Below are positions 1-10,601 of a stretch of 64,000 bases of DNA, one piece after another. The stretch lies in contig DATKIP010000012.1 in assembly GCA_035544015.1 (NCBI GenBank), positions 99,483 through 163,482 of the forward strand. The letters are read 5' to 3'. Under the pieces are notes generated by a model. That model searched no databases. It worked only from the letters and a program-made list of their open reading frames with translations, and was not told the DNA's origin. The stretch comes from Candidatus Saccharimonadia bacterium. Its GTDB lineage: Bacteria > Patescibacteriota > Saccharimonadia > UBA4664. A program made the translations under genes and the position numbers. How positions within the stretch are numbered: position 1 is the first letter of the stretch; each line of letters opens with the position of its first letter.

Positions 1-440
1 TGAAAGTCCTCGCCAAAAACCGCCGGGCCAGCTTCGACTATGAGATCACCGAACTTCTCGTGGCCGGGCTCGTGCTCACTGGCGACGAGGTCAAGAGCCT
101 CAAATCCGGCTTTGGCAGCCTCAAGGGCTCATTCATAGCCCTGCGCGACAACGAAGCCTACCTGACAGCCGCCCACGTCACCCCCTACTCCCACGCCAAC
201 GACAAAACCGCCATCGACCCCACGCGCGCGCGCAAGCTCCTGCTCCACCGCCGCCAAATCCAAACCCTGATCGCCGCCAAACAAACCGGGCTCAGTGTCG
301 TACCCACTGCCCTGCTGCTCGCGGGGGCTCTCATCAAAATTGAAATCGGCATCGGCCGGGGCAAGAAGCGCTACGACAAGCGCGAGTCAATCAAACGCCG
401 CGACACCGATCGCGACATCGCTCGCCAGCTAAAACGCTAA
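1..440 (+). CDS. smpB: SsrA-binding protein SmpB (5'-partial; C-terminal ~126 aa in window)
   Basis: Translation shows the conserved SmpB C-terminal region (HANDKTAIDPTRARKLLLHRRQI... GKKRYDKRESIKRRDTDRD) with its basic tail. The ORF is open to the window edge. Confidence 0.85.
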   Translation, partial: KVLAKNRRASFDYEITELLVAGLVLTGDEVKSLKSGFGSLKGSFIALRDNEAYLTAAHVTPYSHANDKTAIDPTRARKLLLHRRQIQTLIAAKQTGLSVVPTALLLAGALIKIEIGIGRGKKRYDKRESIKRRDTDRDIARQLKR

Positions 441-554
441 TGCTTGAAATACTGAGCAAAAGTAGCTTGACGGGCTTAAGTGTAAGCAGTAATCTACCTA
501 TAGGTACCTGCACAAAAAAAGTACTCAAAACAAAAAAGAACAAACTCTCGTCCA

Positions 555-587
555 GAAACGGCTCTACCAAGGGCCGTTTCTTATTTT
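555..587 (+). terminator. Rho-independent terminator after smpB
   Basis: GAAACGGC-10nt loop-GCCGTTTC stem followed by TTATTTT. Confidence 0.45.
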
Positions 588-637
588 GACCCTCAGCCCA
601 ACTGCGCCCGAGCAACACCGCCCACACCACTGCCCAA

Positions 638-1537
638 TTATTGAGCCGGCGCTTCGGTATCCGTAATTTCTTGCGAATCAAGACTCTTCGACAGCGCATT
701 GTACTCATCCACACCAGTGCGGTAGCGCGCAATGCGGTCATTAATATCATCCACCAATTGATTCTGCTGCGGCACTAGGGCGTTGTAGGCCTGAATCTGA
801 CCGGCCGACTTATAAGAATCAAGCTGCCGGTTCATCACACTCAAGCGACCCTTTTCGGCCCGGATCGTCACAAGCTCGGTCTCCAGCTCGCTGCGCCGCG
901 AATCAAACACCGCCTGGTACGAAGCGTGCGCCGCCACGACCTGATCTCGACTCTCAAAATACTTGGCATAATGCGCCTCGAGCAATGGCGACAAGTGAGC
1001 GTACTCGGTTCCCAGGATCGAGTGAAGCTCATTATCCTCTTCGCCCGGCTCGCTCTTGGCGTAGCTAGCCATCCGATCACGCAAATCCCTGTCACTCAAC
1101 CCGCTATATACCCGCTCAAGCTCAGCCCCCAAGCTCTTCCGCTCCGATGCGCTCATTTTTGCCCAAACCCCGTGGAGCAGCTCATGCGCCGTCACCACAT
1201 CCATTTCCGACGCCAAACTAGCATTATCTATCTGTAAAATAAAAATTCGACCGCGAAAATAACAGCCCAACTCCAGCTCGTGAGGCTGCGTATTGCAATC
1301 GGCGTTAAAAGCCGTCTTAGTGTCAAATTTTGGATCAGCCCGGTATAGCGTGGCCCGAGCCACAGCCGTGAGGCTCACGCGGCCTTCATACGCGCGGAGC
1401 TGCGCGCCCGGATGATACGTTGCCAAGGCATACTCATTCATCAGAGGCTCATAATTGAGCCCGGCGATCGCTACGAGCGCGAACAATCCCACCAAGATCA
1501 CTCGGCCCACTCGCTTATACTGTCTTTGCGGTGCCAT
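638..1537 (-). CDS. membrane-anchored HExxH putative zinc metallopeptidase with C-terminal coiled coil
   Basis: N-terminal TM helix (VILVGLFALVAIAGL), HELLH motif (TAHELLHGVW), heptad-like C-terminal region. Family assignment is uncertain. Confidence 0.5.
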   Translation of the reverse strand: MAPQRQYKRVGRVILVGLFALVAIAGLNYEPLMNEYALATYHPGAQLRAYEGRVSLTAVARATLYRADPKFDTKTAFNADCNTQPHELELGCYFRGRIFILQIDNASLASEMDVVTAHELLHGVWAKMSASERKSLGAELERVYSGLSDRDLRDRMASYAKSEPGEEDNELHSILGTEYAHLSPLLEAHYAKYFESRDQVVAAHASYQAVFDSRRSELETELVTIRAEKGRLSVMNRQLDSYKSAGQIQAYNALVPQQNQLVDDINDRIARYRTGVDEYNALSKSLDSQEITDTEAPAQ

Positions 1538-1636
1538 TATTGCCCCACTTTACGCTCTCGCCTCACCCACGCCAAGTTCATGACCCAGCATCATGCCTAT
1601 GCTTGCAATATCACTCCCACCCTATAAGATAACTGA

Positions 1637-2377
1637 TTGTGTTTGATAAGGCCGTTTACGAACTCGGTCGAGGCTGCCCACATGCTAGGTTTTCGTTCAC
1701 CCGTTTCCGCATATCTAGTCCCCAGTAATCACAAGACCCGTCGCCAACCCGACTGGCAGGCCCTGCGTACCGTGGCAGCTCAAATCTTGCGCGACAACCC
1801 TCGTCTGTTCGGCCGCAGCCTCATCGCGCTTGCCGTTTGGTGCGTAGTCGTGGGCCTCTGGCAAACCACCATGGGAATATCACTCTCGGATTCCCACACC
1901 CAATGGCAACATGCCCAAAACCCCAGCCAACGCGGCGGACTAGCGAGCAACACCTCGCCCACCACCGAGGTAGCCGGCGCCAGCCTCGCCAAGGCCGAAC
2001 ACGCCTCGCTGCTCGCCAGCGGACCCAGCGGCCAGCTCCTCCCGCCCGGCACCATGGCGTCCGACCGCACCTACCCCAACAACTACGCCAGAGGCCAGTG
2101 TACTTCGTACGTCGCCGGCCGCCGCCAAATCCCGCCGAATTGGGGCAATGCCGTCTCATGGTACTACCACGCCATATCCAGCAAATGGAGCGTAGGCACG
2201 GTACCGGCCGTAGCCGCCATCGCCTGGACGTCCCAAGGCCGATACGGCCACGTCGCACTCGTAGAGCAAGTTTCGGCCGATGCCAAGTCTGTCTACATTT
2301 CCGAGATGAACTATCGCGGCGTAGGGGTCAAGAGCTTCCGCTGGGCCGCCGCCAGGGAGTTTAAGTACATCTATTAA
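1637..2377 (+). CDS. CHAP-domain peptidoglycan amidase/peptidase (start may be internal, ~1682)
   Basis: The C-terminal region has CHAP-like Cys/His context (QCTSYVAGRR...GHVALVEQV) after a TM segment. Confidence 0.7.
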   Translation: MCLIRPFTNSVEAAHMLGFRSPVSAYLVPSNHKTRRQPDWQALRTVAAQILRDNPRLFGRSLIALAVWCVVVGLWQTTMGISLSDSHTQWQHAQNPSQRGGLASNTSPTTEVAGASLAKAEHASLLASGPSGQLLPPGTMASDRTYPNNYARGQCTSYVAGRRQIPPNWGNAVSWYYHAISSKWSVGTVPAVAAIAWTSQGRYGHVALVEQVSADAKSVYISEMNYRGVGVKSFRWAAAREFKYIY

Positions 2378-2397
2378 CCGTCTGCTAAAATAGCCCC

Positions 2398-3795
2398 ATG
2401 AAGCTCTTGCGCCGCTATCCAGAAATCATCATCCTCGCCACAGCAGCGCTCATTACCAGACTCTGGGATGTTTTTGCTCCCGCCGCCGTAGTCTTCGACG
2501 AAGTTTACTTTAAAGTCTATGCCGGCGATTACCTCACTGGCTCATATTACTTCGACCCCCATCCCCCACTGGGCAAATTGCTGCTAGGCGGCTGGGCCTG
2601 GCTCGCGCACCTCAACCCCACCATGCTCACCGGCAACGACCCGGCCGTGGCCTTGCGCGTACTGCCCGCCATCGCGGGCGCGCTCATCATCCCCGTGTTC
2701 TATCTCTTTCTCCGGCAATTACGTGCCTCCCGACGAGTCGCCGCCCTCGGCGCGGCGCTCTTGCTCCTCGACAACGCTCTGCTCGTGGAATCACGCTTCA
2801 TCCTCATCGACAGCCTGCTCATTCTCTTTGGCCTCACCGCCGTCACCTGCTTCCTGGCCGCCCGCCACCGCTCCGGCCGCCGGCGGTTGCTCCTACTCAG
2901 CGCCGCCGCTGCCTGTGGCGGCCTCGCCGCCAGCACCAAATGGACCGGCCTCGCCGCCCTGGGCCTCATTGGCGTCATTTGGCTCACCGACCACCTCCGG
3001 CACCATCAGTATTTCTCGTGGACCAAACGTCTCATCGAGGCCCTCATACTGGCAATCGTGCCAGCAATCGTTTACCTCAGTGTCTTTGCCATCCACTTTA
3101 GCCTGCTACCCAAAACCGGCCAGGGCGATGCGTTCATGCCGCAACGCTTCCAATCCACGCTCATTGGCAATCCCAACTACAACCCCACGGTTCACCTCAG
3201 CTTCGTCGAGAAATTTATCGATCTCAACAATGCCATGAGCCAATCCGAGGAAGGCCTCAAAACCGCTACCCACCCGTACGGCTCCAAGTGGACCAGCTGG
3301 CCGCTCATGATCCGTCCAGTCTACTACTGGCAGGGCCAAACCCAACCCGACGGCACCCAAGGCAACATCTATCTCCTCGGCAATCCCGCCGTTTGGTACG
3401 GCCTGCTCATCGTCATTGTCGCCGGAATGCTAGCCTCAGCCGGCGCCCTCGCCCGCTTGCGGCCCTACCGTTTCGCGCTCGGCTTCCTGGCGCTTGGCTA
3501 CCTCATGAACTTCCTACCCTTTAGCCGCATCGTCCGCGTAATGTTCTTGTACCACTACTTTTTTGCCCTCATCTATAGCCTGGCCTTCGCCGTCATTCTG
3601 CTCGGCGCGCTGGCCGATTGGATGCACGACCGCCCCCACCCCTGGCAATTTTCGACCCCCACCTCAAAGTACCTCTACATCGGCGTACTCATCCTCGCCG
3701 TCATCGGATTCATCTACTTCGCCCCACTCAGCTACGGCATCCCGCTCACGCCCGCCGAAATCGCCCAGCACATGTGGCTTACGACTTGGCGCTAG
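2398..3795 (+). CDS. PMT-family (GT39) protein O-mannosyltransferase-like membrane glycosyltransferase
   Basis: VVFDEVYF DE-motif loop near the N-terminus and multi-TM GT-C architecture. Confidence 0.8.
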   Translation: MKLLRRYPEIIILATAALITRLWDVFAPAAVVFDEVYFKVYAGDYLTGSYYFDPHPPLGKLLLGGWAWLAHLNPTMLTGNDPAVALRVLPAIAGALIIPVFYLFLRQLRASRRVAALGAALLLLDNALLVESRFILIDSLLILFGLTAVTCFLAARHRSGRRRLLLLSAAAACGGLAASTKWTGLAALGLIGVIWLTDHLRHHQYFSWTKRLIEALILAIVPAIVYLSVFAIHFSLLPKTGQGDAFMPQRFQSTLIGNPNYNPTVHLSFVEKFIDLNNAMSQSEEGLKTATHPYGSKWTSWPLMIRPVYYWQGQTQPDGTQGNIYLLGNPAVWYGLLIVIVAGMLASAGALARLRPYRFALGFLALGYLMNFLPFSRIVRVMFLYHYFFALIYSLAFAVILLGALADWMHDRPHPWQFSTPTSKYLYIGVLILAVIGFIYFAPLSYGIPLTPAEIAQHMWLTTWR

Positions 3796-4522
3796 AAGAC
3801 GACGAGCGGCCGCTCCGCCCTCGCAGCCGCCACAATTCGCTTCCTGCTCGCACAATCACCCCCAAGCGCGCACCCGAAGGCTCACCGCCGCGACGGGGGT
3901 AATGCTCCACCATCACCTGCTCCCACCGGCAGCCCCGCGCCCGCAACTTCACCAGCAGCTCAGCCGAAATCACCGCCCCCTGCGCTTCAAGCCGGCCCAA
4001 ATCGCGCACCCGCTCAGTTCGAAACAACTTAAAACCGCAATCAATATCGCGCACGTCCAACCCCAAAATCCACCGCACCAGCCAACCCCACAGCCAGGCG
4101 TTCACGCGCCGGCCCAGATGATCGTTTCGCCGCCGGCGTTCACCTAGCACCACGTCTACCCGCTTCGATGGCTCAACAAACCGACGAATATCACCGAGTT
4201 CAAACTGGCCGTCACCATCGGTATACGCCACCCATTCGTACCGCGCCGCCCCAAACCCACTGATTAATGCCGCCCCGTAGCCCAAATTATGCGCATGATG
4301 CACAACCCGTACGCGCTTATTGCGCGCAGCAAAGCGATCAGCAATCTGAGCCGTCCCGTCGGTACTGCCATCATCCACCACGATAATCTCATACGCATCA
4401 AGGCCCAGCGAACCCAACACCGCCTCGGCGTTCTCAATCACCCCGGGCAGCGCTGCCGCCTCGTTAAACACCGGGAAAAATACACTCAGACTCGACCAGG
4501 AAGTCTCCATGACCGTAAGCAT
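3779..4522 (-). CDS. GT2 polyprenol-phosphate mannose/glucose synthase-like glycosyltransferase
   Basis: FPVFNEA...IIVVDDGSTDGT...YGAALISGF GT2 (Dpm1-like) motifs. Confidence 0.8.
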   Translation of the reverse strand: MLTVMETSWSSLSVFFPVFNEAAALPGVIENAEAVLGSLGLDAYEIIVVDDGSTDGTAQIADRFAARNKRVRVVHHAHNLGYGAALISGFGAARYEWVAYTDGDGQFELGDIRRFVEPSKRVDVVLGERRRRNDHLGRRVNAWLWGWLVRWILGLDVRDIDCGFKLFRTERVRDLGRLEAQGAVISAELLVKLRARGCRWEQVMVEHYPRRGGEPSGARLGVIVRAGSELWRLRGRSGRSSSSSAKS

Positions 4523-4570
4523 ACCGCAAGGCGTCCCAAAACCAAAAACCAGGATGTTAAAATCACAGTA

Positions 4571-6439
4571 ATGCTTAGCCTTCTCTATCTCTGCACCGCC
4601 CTCGGCTTGGGCGCAGCCGTAGTCCGGCGGCTGGGCCTGCGCTCATTTGGCTTTGAAGCGCCGGCCCTAGCGGTCACACTCGGCGTGCTCCTATGGACTT
4701 GGTTGTCACTGCTCACGAGCCTGCTGCTCCCCACCCGTCTCAGCCTACCCCTCACCGCCGGAATCGCTAGCCTCGTCGGCTGGTGGCTCTGGCGCGGCGC
4801 CGCCACCTGGCAATGGCGCACACTGCCCCACCCCCGCCGCACCTGGCCGCTGTGGGCCGCCTTCAGCGCCGCCACCACCGGCGTCATCGGCTGGCTGATG
4901 TGGACTCACGATCTGCTACCAGGCGACGGCGGCATCTACTCCGGGGGCGCCACCTGGGCCGATTTTGGCCTCCACGCCAGCCTCATCAGCCATTTTGCCG
5001 CCCTGCCCCGCCTCTCGTTTGATTTCCCCGTCGCCGCCGGCGCCCACCTCACCTACCCCCTCCTCACCGACCTCCTCTCGAGCTGGCTGGTAGCCGGCGG
5101 CTGGTCGCTCCATGCCGCCATATTCGTCCCCTCCTTGCTCCTCGTCATGGCGTTTGTGCAACTCGTGCTCAGCTTCGGCCTGCGGCTGTTTGGCCGCCTC
5201 AGCGGCGCCGTCATCGGCCTCACGCTCATGCTGCTGTGCGGCTCGGCCGTCGGCCTCTTCGTAGCCGCTCACGATCAAGCCGCCAGCGGCCTCCCGCTTA
5301 CCCAATTTCTCGCCCAACTGCCCAAAGACTACACCGCCCTCACCGAACCCAACGCCCAACTCACCAACTTCGTAGCCGACGCCCTCCTGCCCCAACGCTC
5401 ACTCCTTCTGGGCCTCAGCACCTTTGCCACCGTCATGGTACTGTTCGCCGAGCTAAGGCGCCGGCCCAACCGGCGGCTAGCCATCTTCGCCGGTGCCGTC
5501 ATCGGCCTCACCCCCTTGGCGCACAGTCATACCTTCATCGTGCTCGCTTGCGTCAGCCTCAGCTTCTGGATCGAGGCCGTCATTCGCACTCACCGCCCCC
5601 GCAACCTTTGGCTCCTAGTTGGCCTCACGGCGATCGCCCTCGCCGCGCCCCAGGTCGCCTGGCAGATCCTCGCCAACCACGGCGGTACCGGCGGACACCT
5701 CGCGCTCGGTTGGACCATCAACCCAGGGGAGCCACTTGTGGCCTTCTGGAGCCACAATTACGGCCTCACGGGCCTGCTCATAGTCGGCACCGCCGCAGTG
5801 CTCATCGCCCGCCGCTCCCTGCGGCCATACCTGGCGTGGTACGCCCCATTCATAGGACTATTCATCCTCGCCAACGTCTACGCCTTTCAGCCGTTTGCCT
5901 ACGACAACCTCAAGCTCATTTACTACGCGTTCCTCACGACCTATCTCTTGGTCGGTTATGGCTGCGTTTGGCTAGCACAACGCTATCGCCTCACGATTAT
6001 CCCCTTGCTCGCACTGGGCCTCTTCCTGAGCGCCGCGGGAGCCCTGGCCGTCGCGCGCGAATTCCAGCTCCACGACCAATTCGCGAGCCCCGACGACATC
6101 GAGCTCGCCAATTGGGTTCGCGGCCACACCGCGCCCACCGACGTCTTCGCCGCCACCGACCGGCCCAACCAGCCGATATCCACGCTCGCCGGCCGGCCCC
6201 TCGTCGCCGGCTACCGGGGCTGGCTATACAGCTATCACCTCGAGTACCAGCCCCGACTCGACACCATCCAGCAAGCCCTCAGCGGCCGCCTCACCGCCGC
6301 CAACCCTTATCACGCCCGCTACGTCGCCGTCGCCGCCTACGAATCGCGCGATTGGACCGTCGCCCCCAACCTCGCCGCCCGCTACACAATCGTCTATGCA
6401 AATCCCAACTGGACCATCTACCAACTCCCAGACAGGTAG
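4571..6439 (+). CDS. polytopic membrane protein, putative GT-C-fold glycosyltransferase (start refined to ATG 4571; the ORF-track start at 4289 overlaps the GT2 gene)
   Basis: More than 10 predicted TM helices and a large C-terminal extracytoplasmic region. Sits next to the GT2 and GT39 genes. Confidence 0.5.
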   Translation: MLSLLYLCTALGLGAAVVRRLGLRSFGFEAPALAVTLGVLLWTWLSLLTSLLLPTRLSLPLTAGIASLVGWWLWRGAATWQWRTLPHPRRTWPLWAAFSAATTGVIGWLMWTHDLLPGDGGIYSGGATWADFGLHASLISHFAALPRLSFDFPVAAGAHLTYPLLTDLLSSWLVAGGWSLHAAIFVPSLLLVMAFVQLVLSFGLRLFGRLSGAVIGLTLMLLCGSAVGLFVAAHDQAASGLPLTQFLAQLPKDYTALTEPNAQLTNFVADALLPQRSLLLGLSTFATVMVLFAELRRRPNRRLAIFAGAVIGLTPLAHSHTFIVLACVSLSFWIEAVIRTHRPRNLWLLVGLTAIALAAPQVAWQILANHGGTGGHLALGWTINPGEPLVAFWSHNYGLTGLLIVGTAAVLIARRSLRPYLAWYAPFIGLFILANVYAFQPFAYDNLKLIYYAFLTTYLLVGYGCVWLAQRYRLTIIPLLALGLFLSAAGALAVAREFQLHDQFASPDDIELANWVRGHTAPTDVFAATDRPNQPISTLAGRPLVAGYRGWLYSYHLEYQPRLDTIQQALSGRLTAANPYHARYVAVAAYESRDWTVAPNLAARYTIVYANPNWTIYQLPDR

Positions 6440-6472
6440 ACTAAATCTCTACCAACCGATACCATAAGAGCA

Positions 6473-8047
6473 ATGGATCCAACCCAGCGCGATCAAATCG
6501 AAACCGCTACCGAGGGCTTTGCCGCCCAGCTTGGCATGCCCTACTTCGATACCCGCCGACCCATCGACATCAAACCACTCATCGGCAAGCTCACGCTCGT
6601 GGGTATGCAAGCCTATGGCATCGTGCCGCTCGCCCTCGAAGGCAACAAAATCACCATCGGCACCAGCGAAGAAACCGACCGCGCCCAGCTCGAATCCCTG
6701 CGGCATCGCATGGCCGGCTACAGCGTTGAATTTGTGTTCATTTCACAATTTGGCTGGAACCGTCTCTTCAACCGCTACTCCATCGCCGAAAACGACACCA
6801 TACTCGACAGCGGCGATTTTTCGGGTATCACGCAGGAACTCCTCAACACCGAGCCAAAATTCATGTTCGAGCCCCTCGCTCAGCTCGCCTACCAGCTCGG
6901 CGCCTCCGACATTCACGTCGAGCCCGCCGAACACGACGCACGCATTCGCTTCCGCATCGACGGCACGCTCCATCCCATCACCACGCTCCCGCGCGACCGC
7001 TACGACCTCTTCGCCTCCGATCTCCAAATGCGCGCCGGCGTCAAATGGGGCGGCGACGAACCCCAGGGCGGCCGCGTCAGCCTCAACGTCATCAACAACG
7101 ACGGCGATTCCACCCAGCTCAACATGCGCCTCGAAACCATTCCCTCACTCCACGGCGAAGACGTCGTTATTCGCCTCTTCAACCTCTCGATCAAGTATCT
7201 AACGTTGAAAAATTTACAACTTTCTCCCCATCATCTCGAAGTCCTCATGCGCTGCGTCGCCCATCCGCGGGGCATGGTAATGGCGGTAGGGCCAACCGGA
7301 TCAGGCAAAACCTCCACGCTCTACTCCATCATGAACGAGCTCAATAACCCCGAAACCAAGATCGTTACCCTCGAAGATCCCATCGAATACGAACTCAACG
7401 GCATCTCTCAGGTTCCTGTACGCTCCGACAACCAGCAGCTCTTTATGGAAAAGCTCCGCGCCGTCCTGCGCGAAGACCCCAACATCATCATGATCGGCGA
7501 AATCCGCGACGCCGACACCGCCAAAACCGCCCTCCAAGCCGCGCTCACCGGCCACCTCGTGCTCTCCACCTTCCACGCCACCAACGCCTCAGCCGCCGTG
7601 TCTCGCCTCATGGATATGATCGGCGAAAACCCGCTGCTCGCATCGTCGGTCAAACTCATCATGGCCCAGCGCCTGGTCCGCCGCCTCTGCGACGCCTGCA
7701 AACAATCCATTGATCCCACCAAAGAAGAGTTGGCCCAAATCAAAGCCGCCATCGACGGCCTCCCCGAGGACAGCCATCCCACCCTCGAAGGCCTCAAACT
7801 TTATCAGGCTGTCGGCTGCAAAGTCTGCCATCATTTCGGCTACCAGGGCCGCATCAACATCCTCGAACAGCTCGAAATCACCCCCAAAATGGAGGAGCTC
7901 ATTGCCAAAGGCACCGCTGCCACCACCGAAGCCATCGAGCAAGCCGCCGTCAAAGAAGGCATGATAACCATACTCCAAGACGGCATTATTAAAGCTCTGC
8001 AAGGCCAAACCACCCTCGAAGAGGTGTTCGTGCAAGTCGGTGAGTAA
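6473..8047 (+). CDS. pilB: type IV pilus assembly / type II secretion ATPase PilB/GspE
   Basis: Walker [11 protein letters not shown], GspE N-terminal domain, Asp/His boxes, tetracysteine (CDAC...CKVC) motif. Confidence 0.85.
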   Translation: MDPTQRDQIETATEGFAAQLGMPYFDTRRPIDIKPLIGKLTLVGMQAYGIVPLALEGNKITIGTSEETDRAQLESLRHRMAGYSVEFVFISQFGWNRLFNRYSIAENDTILDSGDFSGITQELLNTEPKFMFEPLAQLAYQLGASDIHVEPAEHDARIRFRIDGTLHPITTLPRDRYDLFASDLQMRAGVKWGGDEPQGGRVSLNVINNDGDSTQLNMRLETIPSLHGEDVVIRLFNLSIKYLTLKNLQLSPHHLEVLMRCVAHPRGMVMAVGPTGSGKTSTLYSIMNELNNPETKIVTLEDPIEYELNGISQVPVRSDNQQLFMEKLRAVLREDPNIIMIGEIRDADTAKTALQAALTGHLVLSTFHATNASAAVSRLMDMIGENPLLASSVKLIMAQRLVRRLCDACKQSIDPTKEELAQIKAAIDGLPEDSHPTLEGLKLYQAVGCKVCHHFGYQGRINILEQLEITPKMEELIAKGTAATTEAIEQAAVKEGMITILQDGIIKALQGQTTLEEVFVQVGE

Positions 8048-8062
8048 CACTCACGCCCAGCA

Positions 8063-9730
8063 CTAAAAACCCGGCAGCACCTTACTATCCTGGAGCTCAG
8101 CCGGCACCGCGTACCACACCGGCGAACAGCCCGCCACCACCACACTTGGCGCCGACAACACCGGCACCTGGCTACCCGCCTGCCCACAACTCGGATGATC
8201 AAATCCCAACCACTGACCCACCACCTGGTTGATCAGCTCAACGCGGTACGACGCCGCGCTCCCGCTCCATGCCGCCGGTGGCTTCGCCCAAGCCGTTTGG
8301 GCAATCGCCAGCTCATTATGAATCCGACACGTCGTCTGATGCTCACAAGCCGGATCCAGCGCCGTCAGATCTGCCGCCGGTGCCAACTCAAGCGCCACAT
8401 TGCAGCCCGATGCCGCCGCCACAAACCGCACCCGCCCGCCCAACGTCCAGCCCTCTGTGCCCAGCACCGCAGCCGCCGACGAGGCCAGCTCCGCCCCGGA
8501 AGCCACCGCATCCACGCAGTACGAATACGTCGCCACCGGACCCGCCCCCAGCCCGCTAGCTAGCTTCGGCGCCGCCGTAATCCGCCGGGTAGACGCTGTC
8601 ACCAATGCCGCCTGCCGCGCGTTCAATGCCGCCACCATGGCGTTCACCGCCGCCACACGATCAAAAGCCGGCTTAATTCCCGCCACAAACGCCGCCACCC
8701 CCGCCGGATCCACCGTCACGCCCTTGCCCGCACCAGCAAACACCACCCAACTCCCCACCTGCTCCGGCGTCGCCGCGTAGTGAACTGCCTTAACCACCAC
8801 CTGCGCCCCACCGCTCACTATAGCCTGGGCAGCCGCTAGCTCGCCCGCATAATCACTCGCCGTCACGGTCGCATTCAATCGCACCAGGCTCAGGCTCACC
8901 GTCGGCGAACGGCCATACGCCGCCCGAATAGCCGCAGCCGCCGTCGTCCTATCGAGCCGCACACCCGGCTTATCGGCCAATACTATCACCCTACCCCCAA
9001 TCATCATCGGCACCGCATCGCTCGGCACGCGATCCACCGCTGCCGCCAAGTGTTGCACCGCCGTATTCACTGCGCTGTCACTCAGCACGTACGTCGGCGT
9101 CACAGCTCCCGCCAGCCATGTCCGCAGCATACCAACCGCCGGCAACGGGACATCACGACCCACATCGTGAACCTGCCGCACCGTAGCCGCCACATCCACT
9201 ACCGGGCCGCTCACCGCCACCGACTGCCGCCGGCCGTCGATCACCGCCACCAGACCAGGCTTAGCCACCACAGCCGGCAATCGACTACGCAGCTCATCAA
9301 ACGTCCAGCCACCAACCGCTACGCCGCCCACTCGCACACCCGGATACACTCGATCCGAGTAGTAACTCGCCAGCACACTACTGGCTGCTGCCGGTAAACC
9401 CACCAACAACAAAGCCACCGCCCAGCCCACCATCCTCCAGCGCCGCCGAGCCGGCCGCGCCGCCACCGCCACCGGCGGCACAGCCAACACCGCAGCGGTC
9501 ATTCCGGCCGGAGCCGCTCTCGCCTCCGCCAGTGACTCAGGCCCCAAAAACACCTGCTGCCCACCCGTAGCATCCCGCAATGCCCGCCGCAGCAGCGGAT
9601 CAGTGGCCTCCTCCGGCCTGGCCGGAGGATCATCCCCCAAAACCCCGCCGAGCACCGCCTCACCGCACTGCAAACAAAACAGACCCCCGTCGACGGGCAA
9701 TAATTTAGCTTGGCAAGAAGGGCATTTCAT
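8063..9730 (-). CDS. zinc-ribbon / TM / VanW-family (PG_binding_4-like) envelope protein
   Basis: N-terminal CPSC...CLQC zinc ribbon, one TM, then YPGVRVGGVAVGGWTFDEL resembling the VanW N-terminal PG-binding domain. Confidence 0.5.
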   Translation of the reverse strand: MKCPSCQAKLLPVDGGLFCLQCGEAVLGGVLGDDPPARPEEATDPLLRRALRDATGGQQVFLGPESLAEARAAPAGMTAAVLAVPPVAVAARPARRRWRMVGWAVALLLVGLPAAASSVLASYYSDRVYPGVRVGGVAVGGWTFDELRSRLPAVVAKPGLVAVIDGRRQSVAVSGPVVDVAATVRQVHDVGRDVPLPAVGMLRTWLAGAVTPTYVLSDSAVNTAVQHLAAAVDRVPSDAVPMMIGGRVIVLADKPGVRLDRTTAAAAIRAAYGRSPTVSLSLVRLNATVTASDYAGELAAAQAIVSGGAQVVVKAVHYAATPEQVGSWVVFAGAGKGVTVDPAGVAAFVAGIKPAFDRVAAVNAMVAALNARQAALVTASTRRITAAPKLASGLGAGPVATYSYCVDAVASGAELASSAAAVLGTEGWTLGGRVRFVAAASGCNVALELAPAADLTALDPACEHQTTCRIHNELAIAQTAWAKPPAAWSGSAASYRVELINQVVGQWLGFDHPSCGQAGSQVPVLSAPSVVVAGCSPVWYAVPAELQDSKVLPGF

Positions 9731-9791
9731 TTATTTTGGTTTTGGCTAATTGCTTACGCTCTATCGTAGCACGAAACTCACTCGAACCGAG

Positions 9792-10601
9792 TTAATTTCG
9801 CCCCAGTTCCTGCAGCCACGCCAGCCCACCATACAAACCAGCCTCATCGCCCAAACTCGCCCGCTCCAGCCGCGGCCACCGTTCAAACACCAACGGGAAT
9901 TTCGCCAGCTCCCGGGCCACTACCTTCAGATCAATATCGCGCATCATGCTACCCCCCAGCACCACTACCGCAGGATTCCAATACAACACGGTGTTGTACA
10001 ATCCCGCCGCCAAACACCGTTCAATCTCCTGCCACACCGCCGGATCCCGCACCTCGCGCGGGGGCTTACCCCATCGCTCTTCCAGCGCACCCCCACCAAT
10101 CATCGCCTCCAGCGACTTCCAACCAGCGCCGTCGCGCAGCAGAAGCTGCTTGCCCAGCTCATACCGAGCCACGCCACGGTCCACCGCACCGTCCACCAAC
10201 CGCACAGCATTCACACCCGTACTCACCGTGTAATACGCCATTACGCCCTGGCGGCTCCCGGCCCCGTGTGCAGCCTCACCCCGGCCGCACAACACGACGT
10301 CGTTCTCCCAGTACACCGGGCACTCAAATCGATCCCGAATCTCCGCTCCCAGCCGCTTGCCAATCCATTTCGGAAGATTTGGCGCCGCCATCACCACCCC
10401 GGCGTCGTCCAACTGCCCCGGAAATCCGCCGGCCACCGCGGTCAGCCCCTGGCTACCCGCTAGCTTCGCCGCCGCCGCCAAAAACCGCGTGAGCCCTTGC
10501 TCACCCCGCTCTGTAGGCAACCGAACCACCTCACCCAGCACGCCGCCCTCGGCCAACGCCAGCCGCGTGTTCGTACCACCAATATCAAATACCAACACCA
10601 T
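9792..10601 (-). CDS. ROK-family sugar kinase (glucokinase-like)
   Basis: N-terminal VLVFDIGGTNTRLAL ATPase motif and ROK-type glycine-rich region. The start overlaps the GH13 stop by 1 nt. Confidence 0.75.
   Translation of the reverse strand: MVLVFDIGGTNTRLALAEGGVLGEVVRLPTERGEQGLTRFLAAAAKLAGSQGLTAVAGGFPGQLDDAGVVMAAPNLPKWIGKRLGAEIRDRFECPVYWENDVVLCGRGEAAHGAGSRQGVMAYYTVSTGVNAVRLVDGAVDRGVARYELGKQLLLRDGAGWKSLEAMIGGGALEERWGKPPREVRDPAVWQEIERCLAAGLYNTVLYWNPAVVVLGGSMMRDIDLKVVARELAKFPLVFERWPRLERASLGDEAGLYGGLAWLQELGRN

Noticed and set aside
5236-6444. 402-aa Arg/Pro-rich ORF on the plus strand.
   Set aside because: It is an alternative frame of the well-supported membrane-protein gene 4571..6439. Extreme R/P/H composition is typical of out-of-frame high-GC sequence.
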